Source: a virus
Direction: 5' to 3' (one strand)
DNA length: 64,000 nucleotides
IMG/VR virus record: IMGVR_UViG_3300024999_000057
Span: 1-64,000 of that record
The translations under genes were made by a program, and so were the position numbers. The notes below the pieces were generated by a model. It was not told the origin of the DNA. It saw only the letters and a program-made list of their open reading frames with translations, and made no database searches. This document shows, piece after piece, positions 16,160 to 26,200 of the stretch (the first letter of the stretch is position 1; each line of letters starts with the position of its first letter).

Positions 16160-17130
16160 TGGAAAATAAAAATTTTAATCTACTGACTAGATTTGAGGTC
16201 AAGGCTGCGACTGACCCTCCCCACGATCCAGCAACGTGTGACACTGGAGATTCCGAAGTAATCAAGATAGCAGGCTACGCGAACTTTTCTGGGGCTGTAG
16301 AAGAAGGCGATGTCTATTGCGATTTGGTCGGCGACTGCATAATCGCGAGTGGTATTGACGTAACGATCTGGAAGAAGAACCCCCAGATTCTACTCCAACA
16401 TAACCGCCAGGCCACAATCGGCAGAGGGATTTCCGTAGTCAAGAAGAAGGATGGTCTTTACATCGAAGCAGAGATCCACAAGGGCGCGATGGATGATGAA
16501 GATTTCTACCGCATCAAATCGGGGCTCATCTCCTACTTCTCCGTCGGATTTAGATCTCTGGCTGGTGAGTACAAAAAGATCGGAGATCGCCAAGTCTACT
16601 TCATCACGAAGTCACTTTTGCTTGAGGTCTCGTGTGTTGGAATTCCAGCGAATTCAGCATCTTCCTTCCAAATCATCAAATCCCTCCCCGACGATGGAGG
16701 TTTCTACGCAGGCGAACTTACAGGAAAAATTTGTCCCACCATTGAAAATGAAACTCAAGAACAAAAAGGAGTAGCAATGAAATTCGTTTCTACGCTCAGA
16801 GACACCCTGCCTGAGGCAGAGGTCAAACGACTGGAGGCCCTCGGGATGGGCGCGAAGCTTGAGGAGGAAATCGAGGTCGATGCGAAAGCATATGTGGCCG
16901 AGGTTGTCTTCAAGGCGCTCGCGGAAGTCACCGACGCAATGAAGGCCCTTCAGGAAGAAGTAGCCAAGCTGCAGGAGCAACTCAAGGAGGCGCCCGCAGA
17001 GGAGACCCCTGAGGAAATCCCGGAAGAGGAAAAAGAGGCACCTGCTGAGGAAGAACTCAGTGAGGAAGATGTGACCACCATGAAAGAGCTGCTTGTGCAG
17101 ATCGAAGAAATCAAAAAGGCGCTCGACTAA
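16159..17130 (+). CDS. Prohead protease (HK97/U35 type) with acidic coiled-coil C-terminus
   Basis: IAGYA, LLQHN..IG, FSVGF, LLEVSCVGIPAN. Confidence 0.92.
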   Translation: MENKNFNLLTRFEVKAATDPPHDPATCDTGDSEVIKIAGYANFSGAVEEGDVYCDLVGDCIIASGIDVTIWKKNPQILLQHNRQATIGRGISVVKKKDGLYIEAEIHKGAMDDEDFYRIKSGLISYFSVGFRSLAGEYKKIGDRQVYFITKSLLLEVSCVGIPANSASSFQIIKSLPDDGGFYAGELTGKICPTIENETQEQKGVAMKFVSTLRDTLPEAEVKRLEALGMGAKLEEEIEVDAKAYVAEVVFKALAEVTDAMKALQEEVAKLQEQLKEAPAEETPEEIPEEEKEAPAEEELSEEDVTTMKELLVQIEEIKKALD

Positions 17131-17162
17131 GAGAGCACAAACCAAACAGGAGATATCCAAAC

Positions 17163-18518
17163 ATGAGTAAAGAAATTCTTGAGCAGCTCCAGGGCGAAGT
17201 CGCCAACCTCACCAAAACTCTGGCTGATAAAGTCAATGCAAGCCAGACCGCAGAAGTCAAAGAACTGGGTGACAAACTGACCGCTCTCCAGGCTCAGATG
17301 ACTGAGAAGCGTCACCAGTTCGCGGTTGACCAGCATGTCACCAAGGAGAAGTCTGTTGAACTCGACCGCAAGATGGATGAGCTGTTTATCGCCTCCCACC
17401 TCCTGCGTACCGAATCCGGGCACCTGAATAAAGACGCCTACGGCGCGATCCTCACTATTCCGGAGTACCGGGACGCAGTGAAAGCTTCGGGCTTCACCGT
17501 CGATGCCCAGACCACCACGGGTTCCGCCACGGGTCTTGAATTCATCCCCACCGCTTTCTCCAGCACCCTGAAGGAAGAGATCTGGCTGAAGCTGGAAATC
17601 GCCAATCTGTTCTCCCGCATCAACATGCCTGCTCCTACCTACGTACTGCCGTTCTCTCCGGGTCGTGGGATTGCTCAGAGTGTTGCCGAGGGTGGTGCTC
17701 CGACCAAGGTTAAAGCAAGCACCGCGAAGCTGACCTTCGCTAGCCAGAAAATCATGTCCAACATCGAGTTCACTGACGAATTCGAGCAGGACAGCATTGT
17801 GTCTGTGCTGCCGTTCATCCGCAAGCAGCTCATCGACGGCTTCGCGCTCGCGCAGGAAACTATGTCCCTGAACGGCGACAAGAACGCTACGCTGCTCGCC
17901 AACGGCGCCTATGGTGCAACTGACTGCCGTACTCTGGTCGCAGGCATCCGTGCAGACGCCACCAACTCTGCCGCAGGTAACGCCGCTGTTTCGTTCGCCT
18001 CTGGCGGGTTCACAGCGGACAACCTGCGCTCCCTCAGGACCGCGATGGGCAAGTATGGCAAAACCCCCTCGGACCTCGCGATCATCGTTTCGATGGCTGA
18101 CTACAACAAGATGCTGGCTACCGCATGGAACAGCGGGGCATTCCAGATGCTCTACTCCTACGGCGCAGGCGCTACCCTCCTGACCGGCGAGATGGGCCGC
18201 TTCGACAACATCCCCATCATCGTCTCCGAACTGGTGCCGAAAGCCAACACCGGCTCCACTGCTGACCTCCCGGACGCACTTGGCGGTCTGAACGCTTCCG
18301 GCCTTCATGACTACACCACCGCAGCCAACAACGCCAAGAACACCTGCGTCCTGGTCAACAAGAACGCTTACATGTGGGGTGATCGCGACGCCTTCGCACT
18401 GGAGACCTTCCGCAACCCGTTCAACCAGACCCTGAACCTGATCGGTTCGCAGCGCCTCGACTTCCAGAAAGTCCTGACTGCTACCGACCCGACCTGCGCG
18501 GTAGGCATCAACTACTAA
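17163..18518 (+). CDS. Major capsid protein (HK97 fold, N-terminal delta domain)
   Basis: Coiled-coil N-terminus, GLEFIPT, LNGD, biased codons, position after protease. Confidence 0.93.
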   Translation: MSKEILEQLQGEVANLTKTLADKVNASQTAEVKELGDKLTALQAQMTEKRHQFAVDQHVTKEKSVELDRKMDELFIASHLLRTESGHLNKDAYGAILTIPEYRDAVKASGFTVDAQTTTGSATGLEFIPTAFSSTLKEEIWLKLEIANLFSRINMPAPTYVLPFSPGRGIAQSVAEGGAPTKVKASTAKLTFASQKIMSNIEFTDEFEQDSIVSVLPFIRKQLIDGFALAQETMSLNGDKNATLLANGAYGATDCRTLVAGIRADATNSAAGNAAVSFASGGFTADNLRSLRTAMGKYGKTPSDLAIIVSMADYNKMLATAWNSGAFQMLYSYGAGATLLTGEMGRFDNIPIIVSELVPKANTGSTADLPDALGGLNASGLHDYTTAANNAKNTCVLVNKNAYMWGDRDAFALETFRNPFNQTLNLIGSQRLDFQKVLTATDPTCAVGINY

Positions 18519-18537
18519 AATCTATTCAGATGTGAAT

Positions 18538-18567
18538 AGGGCGGGGGCCTTAGCTCCCCCGCCCTTT
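18538..18567 (+). terminator. Intrinsic terminator after capsid gene
   Basis: AGGGCGGGGG...CCCCCGCCCTTT. Confidence 0.8.
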
Positions 18568-18589
18568 CTCATAGGAATACAGGAGATTT

Positions 18590-18961
18590 ATGGAACTCGC
18601 AGCTATTCAAACCTACAGAGAGCCGTCTTTCGAGATTTGGCCTGGAGGTGACACCATCGGCCTGGACATCTCTGAGGAGCACAAAGCGCAGATGCTTGCA
18701 GATTTTCCGCAGAAACTTCAGGTGATCGAAGATGTCGAGGCTTACTTGAAAGAGAAAACTGAAAGGCTCGCAGCAGAGGCCCAGAAGAATATGCAGGAGA
18801 TCTTGGATCAGTATGAAGATGCTGACATCTTCAACCCCAAGCCTATGACTGCCAAAGAAGACGCCTTCGAGAAGGACAAGGATTTTGCCCCAGAGACCAA
18901 AGAGGATGCCCTTGAAATTGAGACTCCAGAAGCCAAGCAGGGCAAGGGCAAGAGGAAATAA
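18590..18961 (+). CDS. Hypothetical head-region protein
   Basis: RBS AGGAG; charged, basic C-terminus. Confidence 0.75.
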   Translation: MELAAIQTYREPSFEIWPGGDTIGLDISEEHKAQMLADFPQKLQVIEDVEAYLKEKTERLAAEAQKNMQEILDQYEDADIFNPKPMTAKEDAFEKDKDFAPETKEDALEIETPEAKQGKGKRK

Positions 18962-18964
18962 TCC

Positions 18965-19543
18965 ATGAGCTTTACCACAGTAGCTAATGTAAAGACCTTC
19001 CTGAACCAGGATGTACTCACCACGGCCCAGAACAGCACCATCTCGGCGTTGATTCTTTTGATTGACGGGGTGATCAGCAACTACTGTGGCTGGGCTATGC
19101 TGGCTAAGGATTACGAAGAGAAGAAGTTCAACGGCAACGGCGACACCGAGTTGGACTTGGGGGTTTACCCGGTCAATTCAGTGGAAGAAGTTCTGATCTA
19201 CGACGACCTCACCTACACCGTGTTCGAGGATGTGACTGCCGACATTGTTGCAGCGGAGGATGAAGGAGTCCTTCTCTTTAAGGATGGAAGCACGGTCTTC
19301 ACCTTAGGTAGAAGGAACATCTCGATATCTTTCAACGCAGGTTTTGCTGAAGAAGAGATGCCGGACGACCTCAAGTATGCTGCATCTTACTTGGTAGCCA
19401 TTGAGTACACCAAGATCGACAAAGAGACTTTGGGCGTATCGGCCCAGAAGTTTAACAATTTGGAAGAGAAGTTCGAAAGCGACGATCTTCCGATGCTAGT
19501 TAAAAGAGTTCTGGATCGCTATCGCAAAATTCTGGTTCTTTAA
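18965..19543 (+). CDS. Head-tail adaptor/connector
   Basis: VKTFL...ISNYCG...YPVNSV...AGF...PDDLKYA...VLDRYR. Confidence 0.8.
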   Translation: MSFTTVANVKTFLNQDVLTTAQNSTISALILLIDGVISNYCGWAMLAKDYEEKKFNGNGDTELDLGVYPVNSVEEVLIYDDLTYTVFEDVTADIVAAEDEGVLLFKDGSTVFTLGRRNISISFNAGFAEEEMPDDLKYAASYLVAIEYTKIDKETLGVSAQKFNNLEEKFESDDLPMLVKRVLDRYRKILVL

Positions 19544-19556
19544 AGGAGGATCTTGG

Positions 19557-20180
19557 ATGAGCAAATTTGCAGCAAGGTTATCCGCCAGAATCCTGAGAAC
19601 TCGGACAGGGACCATTGACGGAGAGCCCCGGATCATCAATCTGGATCGCAACGAGAGCTTCTACGGCTACGTCGAGATCAACACTCAGGCCACCTCCCCT
19701 GTCGCCCGAATCAAGACCCACAAAGCCTGGTTCATGCCAGATGCTCCTGTCGGGGATGGGGAACTGATTCAGGACCGCGCTGACGACAAAAAGTACTTGG
19801 TCATGTCTCTGAAGAAGGAAATAGATGGTGGGGTATGCGCCTACATAGACGGGACGGTTTATTTTGTGAATGTGCTAGCCAACATCGAGCGGTTCTCTGA
19901 TTCAAGTAGGAACTCGTTTGGTAGAGCTACCGAAGCTGAAGGTTCGATTGTGGCTTACGACGTGCCGATTATGACCTCCTCGATGTCGATGAACGTCAAT
20001 GAACAGAAGGACCAAAACCTCGCTGCTGAGAAAATCAAAGTGGTTATCCAGAGCAAAGTTGGGGTCCAGATAAACGACCGCCTGATTTGTGACTCAGGCA
20101 GCGTGTACAAAGTCAACAGCATCAACCGAGATGACTTGGTTGGGCTGTGGGTTCTGTACGTTGATGTGGACGTGCGCTAA
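19557..20180 (+). CDS. Head closure/stopper-like protein
   Basis: Synteny, beta-rich. Confidence 0.6.
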   Translation: MSKFAARLSARILRTRTGTIDGEPRIINLDRNESFYGYVEINTQATSPVARIKTHKAWFMPDAPVGDGELIQDRADDKKYLVMSLKKEIDGGVCAYIDGTVYFVNVLANIERFSDSSRNSFGRATEAEGSIVAYDVPIMTSSMSMNVNEQKDQNLAAEKIKVVIQSKVGVQINDRLICDSGSVYKVNSINRDDLVGLWVLYVDVDVR

Positions 20181-20782
20181 TGATTACTTCTATCAAGTTC
20201 AAGAAATCCGACTTGACCAGGATCACCCAAAAAATCAAGAAACTCGAATCCAACGTGATGGACACGAAGAAGCTCTTCTACGTAATCGAGCACTACGCGA
20301 AGGCGTACAGGAACGGGGTGATCAAGGCCATAGGGACCGTGGAGGCTTCTACAGACATGGAAGGTGGCGGTCATGCTTATCCGGTCATATCCTTCGAGGG
20401 GCTTACGGCATCACCTGCTGGCGGTTGGGAACCACTCTCACCCAGGGCTATCAACAGCAAGATCAAGCGTGGAGGCAAGGTCACTTTTTGGTACCAGACC
20501 GGGGAAGTCTTTGGGGCGGTTGGGCATTCAGTTCAGGTTGGCTCCTACTACTCCGACCGGGTAGCCAAGGTCTTCGCTGGGATTGATGGCGCAAGAGACG
20601 CAGAGGCCCTCAAACACGCCTTACTGACTGAGTTCGGTGGGGTGAACGAGAAGAACAAACGAGTTCCGGCTCGCGCCCTCTTCACAATCGCCAACGAGCT
20701 TTTCAAAACCAAAAGAAATGAAATCGAGAAAGCGGTCATGACCGCAGTTTTAGAGGGCGTCAACTGGGGAGGGACTAAATGA
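20180..20782 (+). CDS. Tail completion/neck protein (HK97 gp10-like)
   Basis: WEPLS, EFGG...VPARALF. Confidence 0.7.
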   Translation: MITSIKFKKSDLTRITQKIKKLESNVMDTKKLFYVIEHYAKAYRNGVIKAIGTVEASTDMEGGGHAYPVISFEGLTASPAGGWEPLSPRAINSKIKRGGKVTFWYQTGEVFGAVGHSVQVGSYYSDRVAKVFAGIDGARDAEALKHALLTEFGGVNEKNKRVPARALFTIANELFKTKRNEIEKAVMTAVLEGVNWGGTK

Positions 20783-21201
20783 CTCTGACCGACATAGAAG
20801 CGTCCTTCTTCCGGTACCTCTACGAGCAACTCGAAGTGCCCTTCGGCATCCGAGTGTTCGAGGACATCACCTTGGAGGAATACGCAGATTTAGAAAAGTG
20901 GGTCGTCATCGAAACCCTGACTAATCCTACGGGAGACCAGCCGAAACAACTTTTTTTCATCCACATGGCTACGCAAAACAACGCAAAGCAGTCGAAAGAG
21001 GTTCTGATCAGGCTGGTTGATCAGGTCATGAAGGTGGTCAACAAAGGCACCACAATGGTGGTCTACGACTACGATGACGGACAAGAAATAGGTGGGATGG
21101 AGGTTCAAGAAACCAGCCTCAGCCCTGTAATGCCCCACTTCAGCGGCGGGGCTTTTCGCAGCTTAACAGTCGGCGTAACTTACGTCGCTGAAACAAACTA
21201 A
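20779..21201 (+). CDS. Tail terminator
   Basis: Size and position before tail tube gene. Confidence 0.65.
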   Translation: MTLTDIEASFFRYLYEQLEVPFGIRVFEDITLEEYADLEKWVVIETLTNPTGDQPKQLFFIHMATQNNAKQSKEVLIRLVDQVMKVVNKGTTMVVYDYDDGQEIGGMEVQETSLSPVMPHFSGGAFRSLTVGVTYVAETN

Positions 21202-21214
21202 AGGAGATTCACCA

Positions 21215-22306
21215 ATGGCCGTATTAGGAAAAGATTATCAGCCGATTGTTAAAAATGCAGGAGACGTGTTGGTTGGCGTGGCCCAGGTGCGGGTCAGTAA
21301 GTCGTCTTACCGTCCTGCCGGGACTGCCGTTGTAGGTACCCCGATAGCCGCTTCCAAATCCAAAATCATCATCGACGAGTCCGATGGTGTGACCCCGGTT
21401 GTTTTACCTACCTCAGGGCTCCCCTCCGCAGTAGCAAATACCTGGACCGGGCAGCCTGTCACCGTGACAGGAACCTACACCGGGATCTACGACGGTTGCT
21501 TTATTGTCCGTGCTGGGGCGTACAACGACACCCTCGGGTCTGTGCTGGCTGCTACCGGGAAGGTTGAGGTCTTCGCCCCGAACGGTTTCAGGACCCAGCT
21601 TACCCTCGTAGGAGGGGCTGTAGCGGCTACTGAGATCGACCTGAACGACGAGTCAACTCCTACTGCATCCGGCCTGAGTATCGCTCTGGCATTCGGGGCA
21701 TCCCCTACAGCGCAGGTAGGTGACACTTGGACAGTTCCTGTCTGGTCTGGTTCGGCTATTGACCGCACCCAGACCTGCATCGTGACTCCATTCTCGATGT
21801 TCAGGGGTGCTAATGAGTCTGTAGGTGGCTTGACCGATTCTTCCTTCGCACCGAACATCGACTCCATCGTGAGCCTCGAATCGGGATTTCCCGCAGAAGT
21901 AATGGACAGGATTGTCACTAAGACCAGTGGACAGATTACCTTCCAGGCCCAGGAATTCATCAACAGCCAGATCCAGATCCTTAAGGACATGGTTTCGCAG
22001 ACCATCAACGAGGCTAAGATGTCTGCCTGCCCGGTCGAGGTTGTGGCGCGCACCAGAGGTAATACCCAGGTTTCCTTCTGGATTCCTAACGCAGGTATTT
22101 CCAAGGCACCTACCTACAACCCCAAGAACGAGTACTCCACTCTTCCGTGGGAGATGGAAGCAATCAACCAAACCGAGGTCTCCAAGAATGGGGATTTTGC
22201 CGCACTGCCCTCGTCCGGGAATCCGGCTGCTCCGAAAGAGTACGAGACGCTCCAAGCTTGGCTTCGCAACATCCCGCTTTACTCCGAACTCTACTATAAG
22301 CACTAA
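21215..22306 (+). CDS. Major tail tube protein
   Basis: Synteny, followed by terminator and G/GT chaperones. Confidence 0.8.
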   Translation: MAVLGKDYQPIVKNAGDVLVGVAQVRVSKSSYRPAGTAVVGTPIAASKSKIIIDESDGVTPVVLPTSGLPSAVANTWTGQPVTVTGTYTGIYDGCFIVRAGAYNDTLGSVLAATGKVEVFAPNGFRTQLTLVGGAVAATEIDLNDESTPTASGLSIALAFGASPTAQVGDTWTVPVWSGSAIDRTQTCIVTPFSMFRGANESVGGLTDSSFAPNIDSIVSLESGFPAEVMDRIVTKTSGQITFQAQEFINSQIQILKDMVSQTINEAKMSACPVEVVARTRGNTQVSFWIPNAGISKAPTYNPKNEYSTLPWEMEAINQTEVSKNGDFAALPSSGNPAAPKEYETLQAWLRNIPLYSELYYKH

Positions 22307-22352
22307 GTAGTTGATTTCATTCAACTTTTAATTCAGATGTGAATTCAAAATC

Positions 22353-22389
22353 AGAGGGCGAGGTTGATCTCAGCCTCGCCCTCTTGTTT
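22353..22389 (+). terminator. Terminator-like hairpin after tail tube gene
   Basis: AGAGGGCGAGG...CCTCGCCCTCTTGTTT. Confidence 0.75.
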
Positions 22390-22414
22390 CACGCGACATT
22401 CTCTTGGAGGAGAA

Positions 22415-22819
22415 ATGGCTAAGGCTAAAGTAGAACCTAAAGAAACCTGGAAACAAATCTCGGACAGAAAGTATCAGAGACTCAACGCCGAAGGCGAGTG
22501 GGTCACCATCGACGTGCCCTATGGCAAAATCGAGATGCTCCTCTCGGAGTTCCTCGGCAGAAATGGAATCATCGACCCTTCCGCGGGTATTGTAAAAACC
22601 GACCTGATGACTCTCATCAATAACTTCGGGACCATCGGCGACATCATGCTGACCGAGTTCGATGAGCAGGGCAAAGTGAAGACCCAAGGCAACGTCAAGA
22701 ATCTCTCGATGACCGAAGTGCCTGCACTCTTCACGATGGCGGTCCACATAATTGAAACTTTTATCAACGCGGTATCCTCGATGCAGGGAGCGGGGATGAC
22801 CGCAGCGGAAAACGAGTAA
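22415..22819 (+). CDS. Tail assembly chaperone G
   Basis: RBS GGAGG, ATG 22415; slippery G GAA AAC at 22807-22813. Confidence 0.8.
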   Translation: MAKAKVEPKETWKQISDRKYQRLNAEGEWVTIDVPYGKIEMLLSEFLGRNGIIDPSAGIVKTDLMTLINNFGTIGDIMLTEFDEQGKVKTQGNVKNLSMTEVPALFTMAVHIIETFINAVSSMQGAGMTAAENE

Positions 22820-23166
22820 GAAAAAAGGCTCCCGAGGAAGAGGACGATCCCCTCACCATTAACGACCTTTTGCATCTCCTCGCAGAATTCAACCCCCTCT
22901 CGGTTATCTACTACAAGTGGAATTACTCCTGGGACGAAATCAAACGACTTTACCAAGTCAAGACGAAGGATTGGGCTTCCAAAAGAAAGCTCGATTACGA
23001 GTTCCTGATTGACCTCGCGAGTGCAGCTTTGGGAGGCAAGAAAAAAGGGGAGGGAGAATACGGGTTGGATGGGGGAGATGGGTTGGATGAGATGACGCCT
23101 GAACAAGAGCAAGATTGGCGTGAGATTTTGGGTGATGCTGAGTTCGAGCGTCTGTACGGAAAATAA
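22807..23166 (+). CDS. Tail assembly chaperone T segment (expressed as G-T by -1 frameshift)
   Basis: -1 frame open from slippery site through 23166. Confidence 0.75.
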   Translation, partial: GKRVRKKAPEEEDDPLTINDLLHLLAEFNPLSVIYYKWNYSWDEIKRLYQVKTKDWASKRKLDYEFLIDLASAALGGKKKGEGEYGLDGGDGLDEMTPEQEQDWREILGDAEFERLYGK

Positions 23167-23238
23167 AGCAATCGGAATAGCGGGTTGAACTGGGTTAAGC
23201 CTCAAGTTTAACCCGCTATTTCCGTATGGAGAGCATTT

Positions 23239-26200
23239 ATGTCGCAGAATGAGAAACTGGGAATTGAGATAAATATAGATTTGGGTAAGGCCAAGGAGCA
23301 GATCGACCGGCTGAATGGCTTGTTGGCGAAGCTTGGTCAGTCGCCAGACGCTGCTCAGAAGAGCTTGGAGAAGTTGACTGCTCGGATTGAGGCTTTGGGT
23401 AAGGCTACGGGCTTAGCTCCGGAAAAGGTCAAATCTTTGATGAAGGCTTTTGAGGACTCTTCCTCGTTCGAGAAGTTCTTCAAGAACTTAGGTAAGTTTG
23501 GAGAAGGAACTGAGAAAGTCCTGAATGCCGAAAAAGCGATGATCAGGCAGCGCAATAAGGACCTTGAAACCGCAGGCAATGAGCGGATGGTCCTGATCCG
23601 CAGGCAGACTCAGCAGGAGCTTGAAGAACGTAAAAGGGCTGTGCAGCAGATACAGGCTCAGTCCTCTCAGCAGCAGTTAGCTTGGAATGCAGCAGCCAGG
23701 ACTCAAGGCGCTAAGTACCAAGGGGTACAGGGCGGTTTCGTTAGGTCCTCTGTGCAGGCTCAGAATCTGAACCCTGAAGCCCTTGCCCATATTCGGGCAG
23801 AAGCTACAAAGATGAACGCAGCGCTCAGCCAAAGCCCGAAGCACGTAAATGTGCTGAATGGCGCACTCGGTAAACTAACTGCTCGGATCGCGGAGTTCTA
23901 CTCCATCCGAGGAGCGATGTTCGCAGTTACGAACCAGCTTCAGGAAGCCACGCGTTCCGCGATCTCCTTGAATCAGGCGATGTACGACATCGCGGCTATT
24001 TCGGGGGCTCCTGTAGACAGTGTGAACGTGTTCAGTGATGCCATCTTGAAGATCGCCAAGAACTCCAGGTTCACAGCGGATGAAGTATCCGGACTCATGA
24101 AGGTTCTCGCTCAGGCGGGCGTGAAGATGGAGCAGTTGCCTGCCGTGTCTGAAGCGGTTGGTATGTTCGCTACAGCCACAGGCTCCAGCCCTGCTGTTTC
24201 TGCAGATCTCACCACCACCGCGATGAACGTGTATGGCATCGCAGCGGAAAATGTAGCAAGAATCACGAATGCAATGACCGCTGCCCTGAACGAATCCAAA
24301 CTTTCAACGGAAGGTTTGGCTACGGCTTTCAACTACCTGGCTCCGCAAGCCGCGCAGATGGGCATGTCGATGGAGCAGACCCTTGGGATGATTGCGACCC
24401 AAGCCCAGGCAGGCATCGAGCCCTCTACAATCGGTACGGGCTTGTCTCAGTTGATAAAGGATTTGGCGGCTCCTAAGCCTCGCCTCAAGAAGCTTCTCGA
24501 AGTTTATGGGATCGATGAAGAGTCCATCGACACGACCAAGCACACCTTGGACGAAGTAGCCGACGTGTTCCGGAATCACAACGTCAGGGTGCAGGACCTG
24601 ATGGCTGCGATGGACACTCGTGTGGGCCGTGCGATGATCACCTCCATGACCCTCGGAGGAGATGCGTTCCGCCTGATGACCGAGAACGTCACAGGCACCA
24701 ACGCGACAATGATCGCCTTCGACAAATCCATGCAGGGTGCCCAGGCCCGCCTCAACGTGATCAAGCAGACCTTCGCGAGCACGGTGGTGACTTTAGGCCA
24801 GGGTGGGTTGGGTGGTGCCTTATCTATGCTCACCGAAGGAATTACTTCGTTCGTCAGGGGGCTCGCTTCCGCACCAGGACAACTCCTGTTGGTTGCTGCT
24901 GCAATTGGTGGGATTGTTTTGGCTGTGAAAGCACTGTCAGGGAGTCTAGTTCTTCTGGGCATCGCTGCTAGTGCAACAGGGATAGGCCAGTTGCTAGGAG
25001 CGGTGGTTTTGCTTGGCTTTGCTATAGGTAAGCTAGGCGACTACCTCCACAAAGAGGAAGATGCAATTAAGGCGAGCAACGAAGCCTTGACCAAAAAGAG
25101 GACCATCACTGGCGAGTATGTAAAGCTCCTGAACCGCGCTGCGACTGAAAACTCGTCCCATAATGAGTCGATGAAGGAGGCAGCTAAGCTTTATCGGGAA
25201 GAAGGCGAACTCGCCTTGCCCAAAATAGCCAAGCTCAAGGGCCAATCCATCAAGCTCAGTGCTGAACTTAGGACTGAAATTACTAAATTTGCAGAGAAGC
25301 ATCCGGAGTACTTAGAACTTCTGAACAAAGAAAAAATTAGTCTTACGGAACTCTACAACATTAAAGTTCGGATCAACAAGGAAAGCCAGGCTGATGATAT
25401 CTCGCGCCTGAATAAGGCAAACAGCATCCGCCGCGATATTTCCTCCTCTCAATCGGTTCTTGCTTTATATGAGCAGGAGTTGGTCAAATCAAAGAATTCT
25501 GGTGCGTATAATCCAGGCAGGACTAAAGACGACATTCAGCGTGACGTTGACAGGATGAAGAAAAGTATTGGTGAGTTGAATCTTTTACGCACTGAAACTC
25601 TGAAGCCTGTTCAAATGCCCTACGCGTCCGACGAATTAGGACAGGTCTTCCCAATTTTTGACAAGCCCAAACCGGAGAAGCCTGATAAACCACCTCCTTC
25701 ACACGCAGCGGAAGAAAGTGGCGTTGACATTCTCAAACGGGTCAAAAACAGGGAAGAGAAAAATCGCGAGGAACTCAAGCAGGAAGCTCTTCATCAAGCA
25801 CGTTTGACCGGTGAGGCGGAACTCCAAGCGCTACAAAAGGCTGGTGACGAAACCAAAGATAAAAAGCTTGCAGTAGAGAAACAGCTTGATGAGGAATATG
25901 CTGCCCGGAGGAAAGCGGAGAGGGCAGCAGCATTCGCGCAACTCGCGGGCGACTTCGGTGGTTCTGCTCAGTTGAATGCAGACGGGTCCTACGGCATCAC
26001 AGGTTACAACAAGAAAAAAGTCACTCCTGCCCAAGTTAAGTTGGGTCTTGCTGAAGTAGAAATGACACAGAAAGAACAAGAGAAAGCAGATCAGGCCAGA
26101 AAAATTAAAGAGCAGGCTGAGATTGCTAAGATGGCTGAAGCCAAGAAGGATGGGCATGGTCCTAAATCGCCCAACCTGATTGCAACACGGCTTGAAAAGC

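Noticed and set aside
17127-18308. 393-aa minus-strand ORF, and similar long antisense ORFs (21487, 21653, 34894, 40116, 48710, 60818)
   Set aside because: Shadows of codon-biased or repetitive genes on the opposite strand; no RBS or motifs.
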